Shown here: piece by piece, positions 38,332 through 48,199 of the stretch
Position numbering within the stretch: position 1 is the stretch's first letter
Layout of the letters: each line of letters begins with the position of its first letter
Source of the DNA: Vulcanimicrobiaceae bacterium
Lineage (GTDB): Bacteria > Acidobacteriota > Terriglobia > Acidiferrales > UBA7541
Length of the DNA: 64,000 bases
Assembly (NCBI GenBank): GCA_035504455.1
Contig: DATJRU010000158.1
Span: 5,600-69,599, forward strand
Direction: 5' to 3'
Program-made: the position numbers and the translations under genes
Notes under the pieces: model-generated
The model's input: only the letters and a program-made list of their open reading frames with translations
What the model was told of the DNA's origin: nothing
The model's database searches: none

Positions 38332-38853
38332 CTAACTACTTGTATTGATCGTTACAATTTTGAAAACGCCGGATGCGAACTCCCTGAACCAGACCTCTCC
38401 GTCCCCAACCATAAATCCCTGCGGGTTAGAAAAAAGACATCGAGAGGATTTCTCGTCGAGGATTTTTGCTCTCACTTGCGCATTGATGATGTGCCCGTAT
38501 CGGGCCAGGAACGTCTTTCGATCACCAACATGCAGCTTCTCGCTCCGCATGTTCACTTCCAGCGGGTATAGAATCATCGACGCCACTTTCGCTCGATCGT
38601 TTACCTGAACCGCGGCCTTCAGTTTGGCGAGGAAATCTCTCGATTGCCGGGCGATTTCCGGTCCCATCCTATCGACGGTGTCACCTGGACAATCGGATTC
38701 TCTTCCGCCCTTCACTTGAGCGCGCGAGGAAAGGCTAAGGCAAGAGTCAGAATTAACATCCACGATTGTTTTCGGATTGTCGTTTTCCTTGGTCTTTACT
38801 CTTGAAATCAGGCGGGTGGCTCGCCCTTTGTGAACGACAGACTGACATTCCAT
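38332..38853 (-). CDS. hypothetical protein in an AT-richer islet
   Basis: The only long ORF here (173 aa). The true start may be the internal MGPEIARQSRDFLAKLK. No family recognised. Composition differs from the neighbours. Confidence 0.4.
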   Translation of the reverse strand: MECQSVVHKGRATRLISRVKTKENDNPKTIVDVNSDSCLSLSSRAQVKGGRESDCPGDTVDRMGPEIARQSRDFLAKLKAAVQVNDRAKVASMILYPLEVNMRSEKLHVGDRKTFLARYGHIINAQVRAKILDEKSSRCLFSNPQGFMVGDGEVWFREFASGVFKIVTINTSS

Positions 38854-39108
38854 TTCGTGCGCACGCGTTCACATTACACCTCGAGTCCATTCAAGCCGAG
38901 CAGAAGCCCGAGGGGTACCGCATCCCTTCGCTTCTCAGAAGGGTGCGCGAGGTAACGCCGCCTTTCGACGCGAGGCAGACCTTCGTGTCCTTTGAAACTG
39001 CGTCGCCCGTCCTTGTTGGACCAGAGCCACGGCTGGCGACGTTCAATTCAACTCGGCAGGGTGTCTCACCCGCGGTTTGTCAGTTGGGGTCCTGCGGTAT
39101 AATTCGAG

Positions 39109-39537
39109 CTACGCCGTAGCCGGCGAGCAAAACCGATCAAACGCCTGCGTCAAATCCTGCGCGATCGCCTGCGGGTCGCGGCTCTCGATATCGTGCCGTT
39201 CGAGCATGAACGCCACCTCCCCATCCCGCATCAGCGCGATCGACGGTGACGATGGCGCATACCCAGTAAAATAACTTCGCGCCTGTTCCGTAGCCTCGCG
39301 ATCCTGCCCGGCAAAAACCGTCAGCAGCACTTCCGGGCGCGCCGCATTCTTCAGCGCTCGTGCCACCGCGGGACGCGCCCGCCCAGCCGCGCATCCGCAC
39401 ACTGAATTCACCACCACGAGCGCCGTCCGCTTCTCGTTCTTCAGTGCGGCGTCCACTTCCTCAGGAGTCCGCAGTTCGCGGAATCCCACCCGCGTCAATT
39501 CCTCTCGCATGCCCTGTACCATGATGTCGGGAAACAT
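39109..39537 (-). CDS. bacilliredoxin (BrxA/BrxB, DUF1094 family)
   Basis: 142 aa. ELTRVGFRELRTPEEVDAAL...ALVVVNSVCGCAAGRARP carries the CGC active-site motif and has the length of YphP/YqiW-type bacilliredoxins. Confidence 0.8.
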   Translation of the reverse strand: MFPDIMVQGMREELTRVGFRELRTPEEVDAALKNEKRTALVVVNSVCGCAAGRARPAVARALKNAARPEVLLTVFAGQDREATEQARSYFTGYAPSSPSIALMRDGEVAFMLERHDIESRDPQAIAQDLTQAFDRFCSPATA

Positions 39538-39555
39538 CCGTCGCTCCTTCGCAGT

Positions 39556-39918
39556 CTAGGGTGTCGCGCGAAATTTGCTCAACGCCGCGCGCTCATCCGG
39601 CTGCACGTCGAAAATTGTGTAAAGTCGCGTGATCTGAATCACGTCGTGAACGCGCTTCGTCAGGCTGGCGATCTTCAATTCGCCGCCCGCCCCGCGCACC
39701 GTCGTGTACGTATTCACAAGCTCGCCCACGCCGGCGCTGTCGATGTATTGCACCTCGGCCAGGTTCAGCAAGATCTTGCGCTTTCCGCCTTCCACCAGCT
39801 CGCGCACCATCTTCCGCAGCGTCGCGCTGCCTTCTCCCAGCGTAATGTCTCCGGAAAAATCCAGCACGGACACATCTTCCACGTCGCGGCATGTCCCGAG
39901 TAGTCGCATTCGCTGCAA
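39556..39918 (-). CDS. STAS-domain anti-sigma-factor antagonist
   Basis: 120 aa. ILLNLAEVQYIDSAGVGELV is the SpoIIAA/RsbV-like phosphorylatable Ser context. Confidence 0.8.
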   Translation of the reverse strand: MQRMRLLGTCRDVEDVSVLDFSGDITLGEGSATLRKMVRELVEGGKRKILLNLAEVQYIDSAGVGELVNTYTTVRGAGGELKIASLTKRVHDVIQITRLYTIFDVQPDERAALSKFRATP

Positions 39919-40017
39919 CTATACATCAGAATTGCCTGCCACGCCGAAGCGTCTTTCCCGCGAAGGCGGACTTACGGCGCCGCAGCTTTCTCGCGCGCCG
40001 AGGCGGGTCGACGCGGG

Positions 40018-40527
40018 CTAGCCGCGCCGCAGATCGCCTTTGAGCGGAGGCGGGTCGCACCTCGGCCGCTGCTTCGCCGAAATCGACCGGATAATCAGTC
40101 GCCCTCGCCCCGATTTCGGCAGCGGCACCTTCCCTTGGGCCGCGGCCGCTCTCAGTAGCTCCTCCACCTCGCGCTTGGCCAGCGTGGCCGCACTCTTGAG
40201 CCGCAGGAAGCGGTTCTGATTTCCGCTCCCGAGCAGGAGCCTCTGCGGATCGGGCAGGGTGGCCCCGTAGTAGAAAGAAAGCCCAACGCCCTTCGCATTC
40301 GCTGCCAAGGACACGATGCAGTCCGACGGTCGCTCGCTACTGCAGTACCCGATCACGAAGAAATTGTAGTTGTCGTAGACCAATTCGTTCGCGGTAGGGA
40401 ACCGCTTCCGCAGTGCCCGCCGCACCGAACGTATCTGCCGGGCCATGGCTGGATCAAACTTCGCGATAAACCCGGCCAGTTGCTTCTCCGCAGATTCGCC
40501 CGACACAGGCTTTCCAGCTTTTCTCAC
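40018..40527 (-). CDS. DUF1801 (YdhG-like) domain protein
   Basis: 169 aa. FIAKFDPAMARQIRSVRRALRKRFPTANELVYDNYNFFVIGY...GVGLSFYYGATLPDP matches my memory of the pattern. Confidence 0.55.
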   Translation of the reverse strand: MRKAGKPVSGESAEKQLAGFIAKFDPAMARQIRSVRRALRKRFPTANELVYDNYNFFVIGYCSSERPSDCIVSLAANAKGVGLSFYYGATLPDPQRLLLGSGNQNRFLRLKSAATLAKREVEELLRAAAAQGKVPLPKSGRGRLIIRSISAKQRPRCDPPPLKGDLRRG

Positions 40528-40797
40528 TCAGGCCCCTCCCAAAACGCGCGAATCCTACCAATGCTCGTGCCACGGCGTCCAGCGCAGCCCTTAGAGCCTG
40601 GGTTGCACGGGAACGCCAATTGTGCTATGATTGTGTTGCTTTTGTTGCTCCTGTGATCCTCTCGACTCGCATTCGATAAACGCTGCCGGGCAAAATCCCC
40701 GACAGCTTTTTTTTTGCGCGGACGGCGGAGCCCCGGGGCACGAATAGCAATCCCGGCGGCTAATCGTCGCCCCATCAACAATCTAGGAGCAGCATCG

Positions 40798-41004
40798 GTG
40801 AGCAAAGAGCAAGGTACGGTCAAGTGGTTCAACGCGGCTAAGGGCTACGGGTTCATTCAGCGTCAGTCCGGCGAGGATGTCTTCGTCCACTTCTCGGCCA
40901 TCCAGGCCGAGGGGTACAAGAGCCTCAACGAAGGACAGGCTGTCGAATTCGAAGTCAAGCAGGGCCCGAAAGGCCTGCAGGCCGAGAACGTCGTCGGTCT
41001 ATAG
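40798..41004 (+). CDS. cspA: cold-shock protein (CspA family)
   Basis: GTG start after [21 protein letters not shown]...DVFVHFSAI contains the RNP1/RNP2 motifs. 68 aa. Confidence 0.9.
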   Translation: MSKEQGTVKWFNAAKGYGFIQRQSGEDVFVHFSAIQAEGYKSLNEGQAVEFEVKQGPKGLQAENVVGL

Positions 41005-41037
41005 TTCCGCTCCGCTTTGCACCAGGATTTGAGAATC

Positions 41038-41065
41038 GGGGCCGGCCACAATCCGGCCCTTGATT
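41038..41065 (+). terminator. candidate intrinsic terminator after csp
   Basis: GGGGCCGG-ccacaat-CCGGCCC stem followed by TTGATT. Confidence 0.45.
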
Positions 41066-41151
41066 CCCAGGCTTAGCCAATCAGTCCCAGCCGGGCGTTG
41101 TAAGCGTTGAGGTTATGCCGCATTCTTGTCTTTATACGGAGGGAGACCACA

Positions 41152-41364
41152 GTGCAGATTCTGTCCGAGGGCCAGACAATTCGCCACGAACAATATGGCG
41201 TTGGAACCGTCACCGAATCCAACACGGAACGCACCACGATCGACTTTGATGACCACGGCGTCAAGAAGTTCGTCACTTCCATCTGGGTTGCCGAGCTCGT
41301 CGGTGAGCCGCCCGCCGAACGCCCGACGCGCCGCCGCACCCGTCGCAAGACCGCCAAAAAGTAG
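41152..41364 (+). CDS. small hypothetical protein with basic C-terminal tail
   Basis: From ORF 41107..41364. GTG at 41152 after GGAGGGAG. VQILSEGQTIRHEQYGVGTVTE...RRRTRRKTAKK. Confidence 0.5.
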   Translation: MQILSEGQTIRHEQYGVGTVTESNTERTTIDFDDHGVKKFVTSIWVAELVGEPPAERPTRRRTRRKTAKK

Positions 41365-41383
41365 CCTGTAAGCCGTTTTAACG

Positions 41384-41425
41384 TCCCTTATCCGGCCAAA
41401 ATTGACCGGATAAGGGATTCTTGTT
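41384..41425. terminator. strong hairpin terminator, possibly bidirectional
   Basis: CCCTTATCCGG-ccaaaattga-CCGGATAAGGG is an 11-bp perfect stem, followed by ATTCTTGTTT. It lies between convergent genes. Confidence 0.65.
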
Positions 41426-41511
41426 TCCGGCCCTCTTTCTTCTCGTTTTTCTTCCGTTTTCCTCGGCCAATCGGCGCTTTTCTTGTCGGGGGGCTCGAGG
41501 ATTTCCTTATG

Positions 41512-42252
41512 TCAGGGATTCACGAGGTTGGCGCGAATCGCGAACCGCACCAGTTCGCTGAAGCTTCCGAAATTCATTTTGCGCATGATGTGATTGCGGT
41601 GGCTCTCCACGGTTCGCGTCGAAACGCTCAGCGCCGCCGCCACTTCCTTGTTGCTCTTTCCTTCCGCCAGCAACTGCACCACCTGCACCTCGCGCTCCGT
41701 CAGCGGCGTGCCCGGCACGGGCCCGGCGTCGGCTGCGGGGGGCGCGGGGCCTTCTACGAAGTTCTGCGTCATCGTCCGGGCCAAGGTGCTCGTGAAGAAG
41801 GGAAGGCGCCGCCGCGCGTGATCGACCGCCGCCAGCAACTCTGTATCCGCGTCGGACTTCAGCACGTATCCCAGGGCGCCTGCGCGCAACACTTCGCGCG
41901 CCAGTTCCTCGGAAAAATGCATCGAGAGTATCAGGATTTGGGTCGAAGGCACTTCCTGCCGAATCGCGCGCGCCGCGTCCAAGCCGTTCATTTCCGGCAA
42001 CGTCAAATCCATGATCACCAGGTCGGGCTTGTTCTTCTTGACGAATTCTACGGCTTGCACTCCCGTCGTAAGCTCGCCGCAAACTTCAATGCCCGACCGA
42101 TCGTCGAACAGCGCCCGCAGCCCCCGGCGAACCACCGGATGGTCGTCGACGATGACGACGCGATAGGTCCGGCCCGCCAGCCTGTCGCTTTCCGACGCGT
42201 CAAAGAGGCTGCGTCCCGGCAGACTTCGCTTTTCGTCTTTGTTGTTTTGCAT
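41512..42252 (-). CDS. NarL/FixJ-family response regulator (receiver + LuxR HTH)
   Basis: From ORF 41512..42372, Met at 42252. VVIVDDHPVVRRGL...DLVIMDLTLPEMNG...LTEREVQVVQLLAEGKSNKEVAAALSVSTRTVESHR. Confidence 0.9.
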   Translation of the reverse strand: MQNNKDEKRSLPGRSLFDASESDRLAGRTYRVVIVDDHPVVRRGLRALFDDRSGIEVCGELTTGVQAVEFVKKNKPDLVIMDLTLPEMNGLDAARAIRQEVPSTQILILSMHFSEELAREVLRAGALGYVLKSDADTELLAAVDHARRRLPFFTSTLARTMTQNFVEGPAPPAADAGPVPGTPLTEREVQVVQLLAEGKSNKEVAAALSVSTRTVESHRNHIMRKMNFGSFSELVRFAIRANLVNP

Positions 42253-44599
42253 CGCGGCCCTCGCTTTCGTCGGACTCCAGGATTGTGTCCTTTGCGTGCG
42301 CGGCGAGTGGCAAAGTCGCACGCAATGTAGTGCCTCGCCCAGGCGAACTCTCAAGCTCGAACGTGCCGCCAAGTTGTTCTACGCGCTCGCGCATCCCGGA
42401 GATGCCCACACCCAGCGGCGCGGTCTTGGTCAGAGCTTTACTGTCGACGCGGAGCCCGCGGCCTTCGTCGCGGACTTCGGCGGTAACTCTTCCGTGCGCG
42501 CGTACGACGCGGATCCACGCCCGGCGGCTGCCCGAATACCGGTGAACGTTCGTCAGCGCTTCTTGAATCATCCGGAAAAGCGTCGTCTCAATATCCTGAG
42601 ATTGCCGTCCCAGGCGCTCGTCTACTTCCAACGTCACTTCGATTCCGCTGCGGTCAGTGAAGCCGGTCACGTACCACCGCAATGCGGCGCCCAATCCGGC
42701 TTCATCGAGCAGCGGCGGGTGCATCAGGTAGGAAACGGTGCGCACTTCGCGGACGGCCGTTTCCGTGAGCTCGACAGCGGTTTTCCATAGTTGCTGGATC
42801 TTCTCTTCGTTCTGCGTGGCAGAATTTCTCAGGCGCGCCAGCGTCATCTTCAGAGCCGCGAGGCTCTGCCCAGCAGATTCATGCAAGGTGCGCGCCGTCT
42901 CGCGGCGCTCCTGGTCTCGTGTCCGCATCACTTCCTGGGAAAGTCGCCGGAGATCCTGCACTACGCGCCGTTGGTCCGTGATGTCCTGCACGACGCCTAT
43001 CGAGCCGATCGGCTGCCCCTCGGGGCCGATGATCGGAACCCCGCGCACGAAGTGGACTCGCGTACGGCCGTTGGGCCTGAGGAACCGCGCCATGTACACG
43101 AACGGCTTGCCGTTGCGCCAGCCCCGGTTCGCCAGGATGCGCGCCCGGCGGCGGTCGGCCGGATGGACGCAGCCCCAATACCACTCGCGGGTAAATTCCG
43201 AAGAGCAGTCGAGCCCGTAAATCCGGAGCAAGGACTTCGACAGGGTGGCCGTTTCAGTTTTGAGATCGAATTCCCAGCTTCCCAGGTTTGCCATGCGCTC
43301 GGCCTGAGCCAGCAGGGCTTCGTTTAGCCGAACGCGCTCTTCTTCGTGTCGCCGCTCGGTGATGTCCTGCGACATTCCCCGAATGCAGGTCACCTGGCCG
43401 GCCTCGTCCTTGATTGCCACCGCCCGCGAATGGAAAAGGCGCACCTTGCCTTTGACAGTGACGAAGCGCAATTCATTCTCGAGCGGCTTGCCGGTGGTCT
43501 CGATCGCCGTGAGATCCCGGACGGCGTCTTCTACGTCGTCGCGATGAATCACTTTGTGCGAGTCGTCGCGGGGAATGGGCTCGAAGCTAGGGTCGAAACC
43601 CAGCATGCGGTAAAACTGGGCCGACCAGGTGAGGCTCTTCGAACGAATGTCGTATTCCCAGCTGCCGAGGTCGGCGAGGCGTTCGGCTTCAGCCAACAGT
43701 GTTTCGCTGCGCCGCAGGCGCTCCTGGAACTGCTTCCTTTCAGAGATATCCTCGCTGAGTCCAACAACATGAGTGATCCTGCCGGTCTCATCCGTGACCG
43801 GCACGGCGCGGGTGTAGAAGGTCCTGATGCGGCCGTCCGGGAGGACAAAGCGCGCTTCGTGTTCCTGGTATTCGCCAACCCAGGCGGTGAGTCCGGGAAG
43901 CTTGGTGATTCGAGCGCGGTCTTCCGGATGGATCAACGAGCAAAATCGCTCAGGGGTCATCCGTGGGCCCTTAGAGTCTTGCCCGAGGAGGCGGTAGAGC
44001 TGGTCGGACCAGACGCCTTCGCCGGTCTCGACGTTAATTTCCCACCAGCCCATCTTTCCGATTTCCTGGGCCTTGGTGAGGAGCGCGTCGCTCTTGCGGA
44101 GAGTCTCGAGGCGCTTATTCTTCAAAGTCACATCGCGCCCATACAGGCAGGAAGTCGGCAGACTGGAACGCGCGTGGACGGTGGGCATCGCGCCCAGGGC
44201 AAACTGATGCAATCCATCGGGAAGCTCTACGGGGAACTCGACGGCCTCCCCAAATCGACCGGTGCCGCCGCGGCGAAGCCAATCCATCATTTGCGCGTAG
44301 GACTCAGGGGCGAGCACGTCCTTGATCGGACGGCCCAAGAGTCCGGTTCTAAGCTCGGCCGTAATGCCGACATTCGAGCTCCACATCGTTTCGATTTCGG
44401 CATGCGGGCCGAGAACGATTACGAAGTCGTGAAGAATTCTGAAGAGGTCCTCAAACTTGGTCTGGGTGAAAGTGAAAGAGGGTGTAGCTGCGCCATTCCC
44501 GTTGGCCGTGGAACCACGATCAGAATTGGTTGTGGGCAATAAACCGGAGCCCGTCACTGCCCTGAGACGCTCGTCCTGTGCCCCTGAATTCGAAGACAT
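42200..44599 (-). CDS. multi-PAS sensor histidine kinase (HisKA_3 / HATPase_c)
   Basis: 799 aa. Several PAS/PAC-like repeats (WEYDI..., WEFDL...), H-box ERRETARTLHESAGQSL, and an ATPase block with GVGISGMRERVEQLGG. Confidence 0.9.
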   Translation of the reverse strand: MSSNSGAQDERLRAVTGSGLLPTTNSDRGSTANGNGAATPSFTFTQTKFEDLFRILHDFVIVLGPHAEIETMWSSNVGITAELRTGLLGRPIKDVLAPESYAQMMDWLRRGGTGRFGEAVEFPVELPDGLHQFALGAMPTVHARSSLPTSCLYGRDVTLKNKRLETLRKSDALLTKAQEIGKMGWWEINVETGEGVWSDQLYRLLGQDSKGPRMTPERFCSLIHPEDRARITKLPGLTAWVGEYQEHEARFVLPDGRIRTFYTRAVPVTDETGRITHVVGLSEDISERKQFQERLRRSETLLAEAERLADLGSWEYDIRSKSLTWSAQFYRMLGFDPSFEPIPRDDSHKVIHRDDVEDAVRDLTAIETTGKPLENELRFVTVKGKVRLFHSRAVAIKDEAGQVTCIRGMSQDITERRHEEERVRLNEALLAQAERMANLGSWEFDLKTETATLSKSLLRIYGLDCSSEFTREWYWGCVHPADRRRARILANRGWRNGKPFVYMARFLRPNGRTRVHFVRGVPIIGPEGQPIGSIGVVQDITDQRRVVQDLRRLSQEVMRTRDQERRETARTLHESAGQSLAALKMTLARLRNSATQNEEKIQQLWKTAVELTETAVREVRTVSYLMHPPLLDEAGLGAALRWYVTGFTDRSGIEVTLEVDERLGRQSQDIETTLFRMIQEALTNVHRYSGSRRAWIRVVRAHGRVTAEVRDEGRGLRVDSKALTKTAPLGVGISGMRERVEQLGGTFELESSPGRGTTLRATLPLAAHAKDTILESDESEGRDAKQQRRKAKSAGTQPL

Positions 44600-45133
44600 A
44601 CTTCTCTGGGCCCTCCCACTCAGTAACTGACCCGACGCTCTTTCCTGAAGCGCCGAAGCCGCCGCCCAAGAACTGCCACGACGATCCTTGCGTTGCCGGG
44701 AATTTACTCTGGCGTTACGTGCGTGTCAAGGGTTGGGTGTGCCGGAAGAACACAATTACTACGTACGCGAGGCTTCCGTCCGCCGCAGGTCCAATTTGCG
44801 TATTGTTTCGAGTTGAAACGGAGCACGGGGAAGCATAGTTTGCGAGGCAATTCTGGAGGGGTAGTCGCATTAACGTTTCGCGTGCCGTTTTCCGATAGAT
44901 ATTCCGACGGGAAACGGAGCGCGCGCCCACCGGCTGGACTCGCGCGCAGCCAGACCTGCCCGCGGCTTGGACTGACTTTTCCAAGCAATCGCGTCGGGCA
45001 CTGGCTGCGTCTCTAGCCAGGTGAAATCGGGCTCGCAAGTCTTCCACAATTCTCGGCGACGACCGGCCGCTGTGCGCGTTGCCGATCCGAGTTGAATTTC
45101 CCGCCCCAAGAAAACGCCGTGTAGGAGAACGCT

Positions 45134-45613
45134 ATGCCCGGAACTGCACGAATTCTTTTTGCCGGCCCGCAGACTTCCGTAACCGACGAAGTCTTGGCTC
45201 GATTGAGCGCGCGCGGTTTTGGCGCGTACCGAACGGAACGGCTGAGTGACGCGCGCGATCTGCTCGCGGCCTTCCGGTTGGATGTCGCGCTCGCGACGGA
45301 ATCGCTGATCGATGGCTCGGGTTACGCGCTCTCGGACGCAATGCGCCGGCAAGCGGGAACGCTGATCGTCGGAGTACCGCTTTCGGAAAGCTGCCTGTGG
45401 CTGCCGGTCGTCGAGCGGGGCGTCGCCGTTCTCGGGAAGCGTGCCTTCAGTCCCGCGACGCTCGAACTGGAGCTCGGCCGATTCCTGGGGATCCGGGCTC
45501 TGGAAGAAAGGAAACCTCGCAGGGAGACCGCTCGCCTGAGCGACGGCCGGTTCGATTCCAACCGCACGGTCCGACTGACGATGCGGTACCACCACGACCA
45601 TACCCTCGACTGA
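45134..45613 (+). CDS. hypothetical protein, receiver-like fold suspected
   Basis: 159 aa. ARILFAGPQTS...LDVALATESLIDGSGYAL loosely resembles a degenerate receiver. Low certainty. Confidence 0.4.
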   Translation: MPGTARILFAGPQTSVTDEVLARLSARGFGAYRTERLSDARDLLAAFRLDVALATESLIDGSGYALSDAMRRQAGTLIVGVPLSESCLWLPVVERGVAVLGKRAFSPATLELELGRFLGIRALEERKPRRETARLSDGRFDSNRTVRLTMRYHHDHTLD

Positions 45614-45690
45614 GACAACACGTGAGGCACCGCACGGAACGTTTGCGAGGAGCATCTCCGATTACAAAGCCGGGCCACCGGTCACGCGAT

Positions 45691-46167
45691 ATGAAGAACC
45701 AGCTACCGGTCGCGGCGAAGTCCACAACTGAAAAGCATCGCGGACCCTTGCGCGAGTACGTGGCGCTGCACGATTTGACGGCGTGCCTTTTGGAAGCCTA
45801 CGACTGCGTTTCGCGGCGCGCCTACGAAAAATACGTCGAGCGCGGCGGCGAGCCAGGAAAAGAAATGGAGGACTGGCTGGCCGCGCAGCGGGAGCTGCTG
45901 CCGTCGTTGCCCACGAACGTAAAAGAAAGCGGCGACTTCGTTTATGCGCTGGCCAGCGTGCCTGGGACGGGCGCGGGCGAAATCGCGGTGGGCGTGGAAT
46001 CGCAGTGGCTGGTGATTCTGGTGGGATGGAGTCCGCTGGGCGATTCGACGACACATTCCTTCTGCGTGCTCGAATTGCCGGCGAAAGTGGATCCCACGCG
46101 ATCGATCGCAATCCTCTCCGACGGAATGCTCGCGATCCGGATGAAGAAGCTTTCGGCAAGAGCTTGA
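45691..46167 (+). CDS. DUF2934-like N-terminus fused to Hsp20/alpha-crystallin-like domain
   Basis: From ORF 45397..46167, Met at 45691. RRAYEKYVERGGEPGKEMEDWLAAQREL is the DUF2934 pattern. The C-terminal ALASVPGTGAGEIAVGVE...LELPAKVDPTRSIAILSDGMLAIRMKK is Hsp20-like. Confidence 0.55.
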   Translation: MKNQLPVAAKSTTEKHRGPLREYVALHDLTACLLEAYDCVSRRAYEKYVERGGEPGKEMEDWLAAQRELLPSLPTNVKESGDFVYALASVPGTGAGEIAVGVESQWLVILVGWSPLGDSTTHSFCVLELPAKVDPTRSIAILSDGMLAIRMKKLSARA

Positions 46168-46264
46168 TCGCTGCATCGATGTCCCGCCGCACGCTGGCGA
46201 GACTCCAGTACGGGCGAAGCAAGCCTTCATTGGCAAACGCAGCCGCGGGCCACCGGGCGCGGCC

Positions 46265-47041
46265 CTAGTCAGCGGACGAACGACGATAGATCTCCAGCCA
46301 AATGGCGAGACCGACAACAACGGAAAGAAGACTCGCGGCCTGAGCGTTCGTCAAACCGATGAAAGATCGCGGATTGATACGAATAAATTCGACTACAAAA
46401 CGGGCTACGCCCGTCAGCACGAGGTAGGCGGCAAAAACCAGGCCGCGACTCGCGGGCCGCTGGGGCAAGAGACGCGCGCCGATGCGCCAGAGAATCCAGG
46501 CGATAAGACAGGCGACGAAAAATTCGTAGATCGGCGTGGGCTGAACGCGCTGCGTGGTTGGAACGAGGCCGTGCGGGAAACTGATGCCCCACGGCAGGGA
46601 AGTCGGCTTACCGTAGTCGCCGTCTCCGGAAAGCAAGCAGCCGATGCGTCCGACCCCATAGCCGAGCGCAGCGGCGGGAGAACCGGCGTCCATCATCTCG
46701 AGCAGCGGAATTTTCTTCGATCGTGCGAGCCACACGAACGCGACGACGCCAGCAATCAATCCTCCAAACCATGCGAGCCCGTAACGGCTGAACAGCTCTC
46801 CGAGGGGATCGGCGAGAAGTTGCCGCGGCGTCTCCAGAACGTGATACAGCTTCGCGCCAACGATTCCCGCAAGGCAGGGAACGGCGATGAACATTTCGGC
46901 GAGCGGCGAGTCTTTGGGCGCAATACCGCGGCGAGCCATGTCCGCGCGCAGGACGTAGTAGGCGGCGACCATCGCCACGGCGACCATCAGGCCGAACGTA
47001 GGGATCGAGAACCATCCGAAGATATGGATGAAGGGATACAC
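46265..47041 (-). CDS. lgt: prolipoprotein diacylglyceryl transferase
   Basis: From ORF 46265..47167. GTG at 47041 gives (M)YPFIHIFGWFSIPTFGLMVAVAMV, with GGLIAG, GRIGCLLSGD and PTPIYEF motifs. Confidence 0.85.
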   Translation of the reverse strand: MYPFIHIFGWFSIPTFGLMVAVAMVAAYYVLRADMARRGIAPKDSPLAEMFIAVPCLAGIVGAKLYHVLETPRQLLADPLGELFSRYGLAWFGGLIAGVVAFVWLARSKKIPLLEMMDAGSPAAALGYGVGRIGCLLSGDGDYGKPTSLPWGISFPHGLVPTTQRVQPTPIYEFFVACLIAWILWRIGARLLPQRPASRGLVFAAYLVLTGVARFVVEFIRINPRSFIGLTNAQAASLLSVVVGLAIWLEIYRRSSAD

Positions 47042-47174
47042 GAGACGCCAATCTTTAACTCTTACCGTTCCACCGCAAAGTGTCAATCGCGTTGTGCGAG
47101 GTGACAGAGCCGGGAGATCGCGGTTGCCGGGGGAATAAGTTCGGATTAGACTCAGCGGCGGGTCCATTTATCGA

Positions 47175-48077
47175 ATGGTACATCTGAGCCTCCGGCGGGC
47201 CGTAATCGGACTGTGCGCGGTGCTGCTGGCCACGAACGTGGCCGCGACCGGACATGCCCGGCAGGCGTCGAATGCGGCGTCCGAGGTGACGTTCGCGCAG
47301 CTCATCGAGGCGGTCCGGGTGAGGGCCAAAGCCGCGGAGAGCACCACGGGAATGCGCGAGAGCTTCGCGGCCTTTTCAACTGCCCACCAACTGTCGCCAG
47401 CGAGCCTCCGCTACTCGGATTTTGTGGTGATACGCCTGCTGTTCGAAGCAACGAGGGACGCGGGCTTCTGGAACCTTCACTGGCAGATCACGAACCAGCC
47501 GCCCAATTCGGACAACATTTGGCGGCAGTGGCAGGGCGTGCAAAAGCCCTCGCCGCTCAGGCCTACGGCTTCGGCCGAGTGCGACGAGCTCTCGGCGCTC
47601 TACGCCTTTCTGGTCGAGCGGGCCGGAGTAAAAGGCGTCGGCTTGTTCTGGCCGTATGCAAATCATACGGTAGCGGTGTGGGTGGTACGGCCTACGGACC
47701 GGCCGGTCTTTCGCGTGGTGGTGCCGACGTCGCAGATTTTTCTGGATGAAACGGATTTCTTCGACACCAAGAAATTCAATCCGTGGAGCCAGAAGACGAT
47801 TTACGAGTACACGCGCCGGGACGTTCCGGACACGTTTGACCTGCCGAAGAGCCTGGTCGACTATTTCGTGCGACAGATGGACCGGTACGCCGGAGCGTCC
47901 GACGTGGCGCTGCAAAAGCTGCGATATCTGCGAGAAGGCGTGTTCCTGGACGCCTGGCCGCCGCACGAGGCGGCGCGTGTGGCGCACGAGTGGCTGGGCC
48001 ACCCGGGATTCACGTCCCCCGAGGACGCGAAGGCGGTACAGAACTTCGTGGACGACATGCACTCCGATTCTCAATGA
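47175..48077 (+). CDS. secreted hypothetical protein, possibly transglutaminase-like cysteine peptidase fold
   Basis: Signal-like N-terminus. SAECDELSALYAFLVERAGV...ANHTVAVW resembles a Cys...His core. The assignment is weak. Confidence 0.4.
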   Translation: MVHLSLRRAVIGLCAVLLATNVAATGHARQASNAASEVTFAQLIEAVRVRAKAAESTTGMRESFAAFSTAHQLSPASLRYSDFVVIRLLFEATRDAGFWNLHWQITNQPPNSDNIWRQWQGVQKPSPLRPTASAECDELSALYAFLVERAGVKGVGLFWPYANHTVAVWVVRPTDRPVFRVVVPTSQIFLDETDFFDTKKFNPWSQKTIYEYTRRDVPDTFDLPKSLVDYFVRQMDRYAGASDVALQKLRYLREGVFLDAWPPHEAARVAHEWLGHPGFTSPEDAKAVQNFVDDMHSDSQ

Positions 48078-48199
48078 GGAAGCCGCCACCCGCAGTACGC
48101 AGCACTTGAAACCGGACGACGAAGAGGTGCATCGTATACGCAGAGTTAGAGCGGCCCCCGTCCCGGCTGCCCTCCTAACCGGGACCGGAGGGTGCGTAT

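Noticed and set aside
38766-39119. ORF 38766..39119 (+) and a TATAAT at about 39093 pointing into the minus-strand bacilliredoxin gene.
   Set aside because: The ORF translation is not protein-like and spans the start of the opposite-strand ORF 38332..38853. The hexamer has no downstream + strand gene. Both are treated as chance occurrences.
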